DNA from: Thermoprotei archaeon
Lineage (GTDB): Archaea > Thermoproteota > Thermoprotei_A > Sulfolobales > Desulfurococcaceae
Reading direction: 5' to 3'
NCBI GenBank assembly: GCA_040514375.1
Contig: JBEVCI010000010.1
Span: 27,163 to 91,162 of the forward strand
Length of the DNA stretch: 64,000 nucleotides
The stretch's first letter is position 1; each line of letters starts with the position of its first letter. Below the pieces are notes generated by a model that was not told the DNA's origin, did not search any database, and saw only the letters and a list, made by a program, of their open reading frames with translations. The position numbers were made by a program, and so were the translations under genes. Below, in pieces: positions 58,081 through 64,000 of this stretch.

Positions 58081-58857
58081 GTGTTGTGTTTGCGTTATGA
58101 ACTATACATTATGACCGCGCTACTATTTGTAATACTAGCTTCGTTAACTAGTGTCTCGAATAATTCCGGGTATGTACACGGTATTGTTTCTCTCCTCATA
58201 TGCGGAGATCTATACTGTGATGTGGATGCTTTAAGAGAATTATTCAGTGGTATAAAGTTCTATTGGTTCAAAGACAGAGAGCTAATTCCTACTATACCTC
58301 GTGACAACTATATTGGTTTATTCGAACTACGAGATGCTATAGAAGCATATGTTGCTATAGGTAGAGTATCGAGAAATAATACACGCTGTTTATTTATCGA
58401 GCTAATAGCTCGGGATCCCGACGTATCCGAGGAAGAGCTGTATACGCTACTACTACGAGTATACAGTGTATTAGTTACTAAACAGGTTGTACAGCCTCTC
58501 ACAGCCCTCATGTATAGTAATATAAAAATATACTGGAAACCTCTATCAAGCATAATGGAGTTACCTTATTACGAAGATGAGCTAGATAGGCTAGATCTCT
58601 ATACGTGGTCTTTTGAAGCACTAGGAAAACCTCTCTCATATGGAGCTGAGAGAGCATTGCAATCAACGGCAACGTCTATAAAAAGTAGTGGGGCTCGCAT
58701 TTACTCTATTGAAGCCGTGTATAATAACGTGACAGAAGCTAGTAATCTCGCACTAGCGTCCACTAGTAGTAGGCTTATCTATGTACTCATAGGATTCGTA
58801 GCGGCAACTATATCATCTATCATAGCTTATATTGTTATACGAATACATCGTGATTGA
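58081..58857 (+). CDS. bitopic surface protein (N-terminal signal/anchor, C-terminal TM), function unknown
   Basis: N-terminal hydrophobic MTALLFVILASLTSV and a C-terminal TM LIYVLIGFVAATISSIIAYIVI, followed by RIHRD. Confidence 0.5.
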   Translation: MLCLRYELYIMTALLFVILASLTSVSNNSGYVHGIVSLLICGDLYCDVDALRELFSGIKFYWFKDRELIPTIPRDNYIGLFELRDAIEAYVAIGRVSRNNTRCLFIELIARDPDVSEEELYTLLLRVYSVLVTKQVVQPLTALMYSNIKIYWKPLSSIMELPYYEDELDRLDLYTWSFEALGKPLSYGAERALQSTATSIKSSGARIYSIEAVYNNVTEASNLALASTSSRLIYVLIGFVAATISSIIAYIVIRIHRD

Positions 58858-59251
58858 TAAGGAGATACTAAGGTATTACATCGAGCTACGTAGTCGTGAA
58901 CAACCACTTGGTGTACGCGAAGTTCAGAGAATACTAGGTTTCAATAGCCCGGGTAAAGCACATAGACTTCTAAAGAAACTCGTTAGATATGGGCTTGCAG
59001 AGAGATTACCGGGTGGTAAATACCGTATCATCCCGGATCCCCCTCCAGAGCTTATCGGTAAAATAATTATCCGGGGCCGAGTTTTACCTAAGATACTAGT
59101 TATAGGAGTCTATGTAACAGTTTTAACAACAACATATATACTATTAGCAAATCCCCCAATAGACGTCATACTATTACTCATACTCGTTAATACCCCCATA
59201 TGGATCGAGGCTTTAAACGAGTATAGAGAGTTAAAGCGTAAACTAGCTTAG
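58832..59251 (+). CDS. membrane-tethered winged-helix DNA-binding protein
   Basis: wHTH LGVREVQRILGFNSPGKAHRLLKKLVRYGLAE followed by two TM helices. The TTG 58832 or GTG 58850 start overlaps the upstream stop. Confidence 0.5.
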   Translation: MLYEYIVIDKEILRYYIELRSREQPLGVREVQRILGFNSPGKAHRLLKKLVRYGLAERLPGGKYRIIPDPPPELIGKIIIRGRVLPKILVIGVYVTVLTTTYILLANPPIDVILLLILVNTPIWIEALNEYRELKRKLA

Positions 59252-59310
59252 ATAACCGTTGGTTAAACCCTATCAACAGTATTTGTCACGGAATCCTTGA
59301 CATGATACAC

Positions 59311-59318
59311 TATATAAG
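59311..59318 (+). promoter_or_regulatory. TATA-box candidate for the serpin gene
   Basis: TATATAAG lies about 45-52 nt upstream of ATG 59363, which is itself preceded by GAGGTGGAG. This argues against the ORF-track start at 59324. Confidence 0.4.
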
Positions 59319-59362
59319 AACCGGTGATGAAAAGCGTATTTGGTTTGGTAGAGGTGGAGTTA

Positions 59363-60658
59363 ATGAATAAAACACTCGCAATAGCACTAATAGCGACTAT
59401 TACAGTTGTAACCGCTATACTAGCTACTAATATTGCGTTTCTAATACCCATTAACCAGAGTAGCCTAGAAAACACTAATACGTATACGAGCCCAGTTAAA
59501 CCACCATATAGTGATCCGAGGTATTGCCACAACTGGTTAGGCATAGAAGTACTCAAGCGCTTGTTTAATGAAAGAGAGGAGAATACTATTGTATCGCCTC
59601 TGTCAATATACTCTGCTCTAGCAATGGTTTACGAAGCCTCTACTGATGAATCACGGGAGATACTTGCTTCGCTACTATGTGCTAATAATGGGTTAGGAGA
59701 GTTCTACTGGGAAAACATAGCAGAGCTCGAAAATAAGAGTAAACCAGCAGTACTAGATATCTCTAACTCTATATGGGTCGACTCAGAGCTATACAAATAC
59801 GTGCTCGAGAACTACACAGACTACGTTACTAGGTATTATGATGCAGAGATAACGAGTATTCCGCTTGGAAACGATCCAAGAATTTTACGCGAGTCGTTTA
59901 AGATCATAAATAAGTGGGTTGAAAACAGAACTAGAGGGCTGATCGATAAGATCATCCCGGATGATTACATACCCGAAAACCCTCTAGCGGCAATATTCAT
60001 TAACACTGTTTACCTCAAAGCTAACTGGACTATAGGATTTATAGAATACGGTGAAAAACCCTTCTACACATTAGATGGAGTTATTAACGTGACTATGATC
60101 GGATATGATAACATGGAAATAGCAAAAGCAGTACTCTACAACTGGTTTAAAGTAGTTAAAATACCGCTAAAAACACCCGAGCTATCCTACATAATACTAG
60201 TTCCAGATAAACCCGAGGATATCTATAGGCTCATAGACTCTCTAGATCCCCGTTTACTCGAAGACATACTCGCTGATCTAGAGAAAAGAGGACAAGACGT
60301 GACTAAGTTGTTAATGCCAAAACTAGACCTTGATACCGGGATATACTCGCTCAAAGAAATACTAAGCGATATGGGTGCTAAGTCCCTATTCGAGTACATT
60401 GCTCTCTGGAGAATGTTTGATAAAGAAGAGTTCCTCAGAGTTGCGGGCCCTACTTACATAGATGACGTGTTTCACAGAGTTAGGTTTAGAGCTGATACAA
60501 GCGGTATAGAAGCAGCTGCAGCCACTGCTGTAACTATAGTATATACAGCGCTTATCGAGGGATTAGAAATAACTATTGATAAGCCCTTCGTATTCCTAGT
60601 AACTAGTAGTAATGGATTAGTAATCTTTATTGGAGTAGTGGTTAACCCGCTAGGCTAG
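59363..60658 (+). CDS. serpin-family protease inhibitor with an N-terminal membrane anchor
   Basis: IVSPLSIYSALAMVYEAS (serpin N-terminal block), the hinge/reactive-centre loop SGIEAAAATAVTIVYTALIEG, then KPFVFLV and NPL at the C-terminus. N-terminal TM LAIALIATITVVTAILATNIAFLI. Confidence 0.85.
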   Translation: MNKTLAIALIATITVVTAILATNIAFLIPINQSSLENTNTYTSPVKPPYSDPRYCHNWLGIEVLKRLFNEREENTIVSPLSIYSALAMVYEASTDESREILASLLCANNGLGEFYWENIAELENKSKPAVLDISNSIWVDSELYKYVLENYTDYVTRYYDAEITSIPLGNDPRILRESFKIINKWVENRTRGLIDKIIPDDYIPENPLAAIFINTVYLKANWTIGFIEYGEKPFYTLDGVINVTMIGYDNMEIAKAVLYNWFKVVKIPLKTPELSYIILVPDKPEDIYRLIDSLDPRLLEDILADLEKRGQDVTKLLMPKLDLDTGIYSLKEILSDMGAKSLFEYIALWRMFDKEEFLRVAGPTYIDDVFHRVRFRADTSGIEAAAATAVTIVYTALIEGLEITIDKPFVFLVTSSNGLVIFIGVVVNPLG

Positions 60659-60701
60659 CTATAGAAATAGAAAGACACGTTAGTGTTTCTTGCTATATGT
60701 G

Positions 60702-62405
60702 TTAAGATGATAGGTTTGCTTTTCTAAAAACAAGCCATCCTAGTGTATATGGTATTGCTATCCACGACGCTGTAGATACTCCTGCTAGAACGGGGTTAAA
60801 TACCGAGTCGAAAACCTCGATTATCTGTGGCGATAGTATTTCGAGTTGTTTCTGCACATAGTATTGCATTAAGTTGAATATACCATCTGGTTTGAAGTAG
60901 TATGAGACTAGCTGTATCTTGAAATACCGCTCGAAGAAGCCAGGGCCTATACCGCCAATGAGGAATGCTACTAGTGATACTATTAATTGGAAGAACATTA
61001 CGAATACGAAGAACAACAGTATTGATACGACTAAATACCTAGTACCACTAGTAAGGGCTGAGAAGAAGTAGAATAGGGAATAGAAAGCTACTAGTGATAA
61101 TAGTGATCCCATGAAAAGTAGTAGATAGTTGTTCGGGTCTAGCATTATGCCTAGTAATGAGTAGTTTGATGCGTATAGCGAGGCGTAAAATACCGTTGTT
61201 AACACTATAGCAACGAGTACTCCAGCTAAGAACCTAGTATTGTATAGTTCAAACCTAGTTATTGGACGTGCAAGTACGAATTCTAGAGCGCCCTGAGACC
61301 GGGGTTTAGCTATATACACGTACGCGAGATACAGTAGCACTATTGGAGAGAACGTTGCGAATAAGCTGGGCCCGATACTAATCAGAACCGGGAATACTTG
61401 TCTCTCGACCTGTGATCCCTTTGTAACGTATGGGATTCCTTGGAAGACAATATATGACTTGTCATCACTCGAAGAGTCTAGGAGTAGTACGTAGAGATCC
61501 TTAGTTTTAAGCTCTTCTAGGTCGCCAGTATAGTTGATGCTCTTTGTTAACATGTTTACTCCTTCGTAGATCCTACCAATATATACGAAGTACTCTCCTA
61601 GCTCATTAACTCCTATTTTAGCCGGTAAGGTAGAGCTATTGATACTCGGATTGAGAACGTATACGTCATACCCCGTTCTATTAATGCTGAAGAAAGAAGC
61701 TATAACTACTAGTTCTAATTCGCTAGTATTTTCTTTCGGTATCTTAGCACACACTGCTAGGGCATGTATTTCGTCACGTGGATGAGTAAGATGTACATAT
61801 GAACCTGCTTCATCGGGTTTCAAAACCACGGTGTCATTAACTACGCGATAGTATAGTATTGGGAAAGAACTGGGTATACCAAAAATGTGGGCTTGAGCAT
61901 AGATCGCCTTGTTAGCACTAACTAGTTGCAAATAACCCGCTCTATAGCCAGACATTCCAAAAGCCGTGGTTATCGTGATATCGAGCATGTATTGTGCTTC
62001 TTCACCACTAGGTAGTGATTTATCAACTCTCTCCACCTTGGCTCCTTTCCCGTCAGGCCCGATTTCAAGTACTCCACTAATAATTACTTCCTCCTCTCCA
62101 GAAGAACGTACTATTTTCCCGGAATCCGTTTCAACGACTACCTGTTTAATATAGCTTATCTCATAACTTATTGCTCCCCTTACAGGCCTTAGATCAGAGT
62201 CTAGGAGAAGCACTTCTATACCATATTCCTGTTCCTCGGGATCTACATAGGAGTAGACAGCAGTTATACCGCCTCCCGGTCTCGTCATTAGAGTAGCTCC
62301 TATGAGATAAGATGACCCAATACCAGCTAATACGAATATAGCTAGTGCTATCAATGCCGCTGGTCTTAGGAATCCTCTTTTAAAATCGTAGAGAACCGGG
62401 TTCAC
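60702..62405 (-). CDS. ABC-2-type permease with a large (~330 aa) extracytoplasmic domain
   Basis: One N-terminal TM, a long soluble segment, then 5-6 C-terminal TM helices. 4-nt overlap with the upstream ATPase gene. Confidence 0.65.
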   Translation of the reverse strand: MNPVLYDFKRGFLRPAALIALAIFVLAGIGSSYLIGATLMTRPGGGITAVYSYVDPEEQEYGIEVLLLDSDLRPVRGAISYEISYIKQVVVETDSGKIVRSSGEEEVIISGVLEIGPDGKGAKVERVDKSLPSGEEAQYMLDITITTAFGMSGYRAGYLQLVSANKAIYAQAHIFGIPSSFPILYYRVVNDTVVLKPDEAGSYVHLTHPRDEIHALAVCAKIPKENTSELELVVIASFFSINRTGYDVYVLNPSINSSTLPAKIGVNELGEYFVYIGRIYEGVNMLTKSINYTGDLEELKTKDLYVLLLDSSSDDKSYIVFQGIPYVTKGSQVERQVFPVLISIGPSLFATFSPIVLLYLAYVYIAKPRSQGALEFVLARPITRFELYNTRFLAGVLVAIVLTTVFYASLYASNYSLLGIMLDPNNYLLLFMGSLLSLVAFYSLFYFFSALTSGTRYLVVSILLFFVFVMFFQLIVSLVAFLIGGIGPGFFERYFKIQLVSYYFKPDGIFNLMQYYVQKQLEILSPQIIEVFDSVFNPVLAGVSTASWIAIPYTLGWLVFRKANLSS

Positions 62406-63346
62406 TTAATACCAGCCTCCGCCTTTTTTATTAATTCAAAGAAAAAGTTTTCTAAACTCCTCTCCTCTCTCTTAACTTCGCCTACACGAACTCCTATCTT
62501 AACAAGCTCAGCGATAAGGTCTTCGGCCTCGATACCGGGATTCCTTAGAATAACTCTATTCTTTTCTCCTATAACCGGTTCACCGTATCTACCCAAGAGC
62601 TTTAGCACACTATCGTTTACAGGGTTAACGCTTAGTATTATGGCTGGTTTAGCCATACTCTTGATCTCCTCCATAGTATAAGAACCAATAATTCTGCCTC
62701 TGTGTATGAATACTACTCTATCGGCTATACCCTCGACTTCGCTTAGAATATGTGATGAGAAAAGCACGGATCTACCCTCTCTCTTAAATTCTCTAACGAG
62801 TTCTCTGAAAAACGCTATACCGCTAGGATCTAGTCCGTTGAGAACCTCATCAAATAACAGGTTCGGGGGCTCTGATATCATTGATACAGCTAGTGCAAAC
62901 CTCTTCTTCATACCCAGTGAGTACTCGGACAGCTTCTTATACAGCGCATCTCCTAAGCCAAACCTCTCGAGCAGCTCCCTACCTATTCTCTTAGCTTCAC
63001 TACTCGGTATTCCATAGTAGCCAGCAAGGTAAACAAAGTAGTCAAGCGCTCTAAACTCGGATTCAAAAATAGGTAGTTCAGGAACCCAACCAACTAGTTT
63101 CGAAGCCTCTTTCTTTCTACGCGTAATCGAGAATCCATCAATATACACGTCTCCCGAATCCGGTACTAGTACTCCAGCAATAATCCTAATAGTAGTTGTT
63201 TTACCAGCACCATTTAATCCAACATATCCTACAACCTCGCTCTCATCAACTTTAAAAGAAACACTATCAAGCGCTTTTACTTTCCCAAACCTCTTCGAAA
63301 TCCCTACAACCTCTATTACCACGAAGAAACACCAAATACGTATCAT
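62402..63346 (-). CDS. ABC transporter ATP-binding protein (ABC-2/CcmA-like)
   Basis: Walker A GLNGAGKTT, signature LSLGMKKR-like (YSLGMKKR), Walker B LLFDEVL. The likely true start is GTG at 63322 (VVIEVVGISKRFG). Confidence 0.85.
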   Translation of the reverse strand: MIRIWCFFVVIEVVGISKRFGKVKALDSVSFKVDESEVVGYVGLNGAGKTTTIRIIAGVLVPDSGDVYIDGFSITRRKKEASKLVGWVPELPIFESEFRALDYFVYLAGYYGIPSSEAKRIGRELLERFGLGDALYKKLSEYSLGMKKRFALAVSMISEPPNLLFDEVLNGLDPSGIAFFRELVREFKREGRSVLFSSHILSEVEGIADRVVFIHRGRIIGSYTMEEIKSMAKPAIILSVNPVNDSVLKLLGRYGEPVIGEKNRVILRNPGIEAEDLIAELVKIGVRVGEVKREERSLENFFFELIKKAEAGIK

Positions 63347-63451
63347 ACACTACGTATGTAGTCATAATTCGATGCTAAGAGAATTATTTAAAGATTCCTA
63401 TCCTCTTCTACGAAGTAATGTAATAGAAGCAGGTAGTTAGCTAGTAAGAAG

Positions 63452-63928
63452 CTAGATGAGATCTTTGAGATAAGACTTTAGAATATGTTTTATCGCCGAT
63501 AAAACACATGTACTTACGATTAGTGTTACTAGTACTTCCCAACTAAAACCGTTAACTACTGTAGCTAGTGCTGTCCCCGAAGCTGGGGGATGCTCTGTAT
63601 CTGTTATCACCATTAGCAGTATCGATAACCCTACAGCTAGAGAATATAAAACTAGTTTAGCTAATGGCTCAATACTATATAGCCACGTCTCATAGATAAA
63701 CCAGCACAGCGTTCCGCTCGTGAAGCCTATAACATGACCTCCAATAACGTTTCTAGGCTTAGCTGTTATGCTACTAGGCATCGTGAATACTATAAATGCC
63801 GAAGCACCTATCGAAGCCACTACAACTAGGTTCTGCAAACTAAGTATTATCAAAACTACGAGTATTGCTAGTGTAGCTAGAAAGCTTTGGACAAAATAGT
63901 GTATCCAGAGCCTAGTACTCATTCTCAA
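63452..63928 (-). CDS. HPP-family membrane protein
   Basis: 158 aa, 4-5 TM helices, with the diagnostic HPPASGTA motif. Confidence 0.75.
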   Translation of the reverse strand: MRMSTRLWIHYFVQSFLATLAILVVLIILSLQNLVVVASIGASAFIVFTMPSSITAKPRNVIGGHVIGFTSGTLCWFIYETWLYSIEPLAKLVLYSLAVGLSILLMVITDTEHPPASGTALATVVNGFSWEVLVTLIVSTCVLSAIKHILKSYLKDLI

Positions 63929-64000
63929 AAACCCTCTTTGGGTAGAAATTCTTCTCCCAAGCTTAAATACTTCCTCCCAGCTAGTACGCTAAACCAGGTG

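Noticed and set aside
59263-59556. 97-aa minus-strand ORF overlapping the serpin 5' end
   Set aside because: Its hydrophobic character is the mirror image of the serpin TM anchor. The TATA box and GAGGTGGAG ribosome-binding site support the plus-strand gene. It cannot be fully excluded without expression data.
1-64000. tRNA, rRNA, RNase P or SRP RNA genes
   Set aside because: There are no GC-rich 70-90 nt blocks with T-loop-like GGTTCRAATCC motifs, and no long GC-rich structured segments. The only GC-rich intergenic patch is the short hairpin at 37481-37560.

Overview
This 64 kb window looks like chromosome from a hyperthermophilic crenarchaeon, probably Desulfurococcales-like. That is an inference from roughly 40% G+C by eye, AGA/AGG/ATA-rich codon usage, GGTG-type ribosome-binding sites or leaderless starts, frequent 1-8 nt gene overlaps, and gene content. 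I found no rRNA, tRNA or CRISPR array.

Most of the window is housekeeping and transport:
- two ECF-type transporters with fused double ATPases
- FeoAB, a ZIP transporter, several MFS transporters and an ABC-2 exporter
- pyrB and pyrC, GTP-PEPCK, thiL, moeA and a TtuA-type tRNA thiolase
- GH1 and GH36 glycosidases, a secreted subtilisin and a formamidase

The features that stand out:
1. A tightly coupled seven-gene operon (23194-30909). It holds two tandem large/FAD/2Fe-2S xanthine-oxidase-family cassettes and ends in a diglycine MoaD/ThiS-like beta-grasp protein. No XdhC-type maturation gene is present.
2. A same-strand envelope cluster (57575-60658): a DTG aspartic protease, a bitopic surface protein, a membrane-tethered wHTH protein and a membrane-anchored serpin. 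It lies convergent to an ABC-2 exporter.
3. At least six toxin-antitoxin-type pairs or remnants: RelE, VapBC, a decayed PIN gene, DUF433/DUF5615, a TumE-like pair and HEPN/MNT.
4. Local gene decay: a rubrerythrin C-terminal remnant with an in-frame stop, a multi-frame ORF wreck, a GNAT gene fragment, a frameshifted MFS gene, and no intact pyrI after pyrB.
5. Candidate operators: a DtxR/IdeR-like palindrome in front of feoAB and a perfect 8+8 palindrome in front of an uncharacterised three-gene operon.

All functional calls come from motif recognition by eye. No database search was run.
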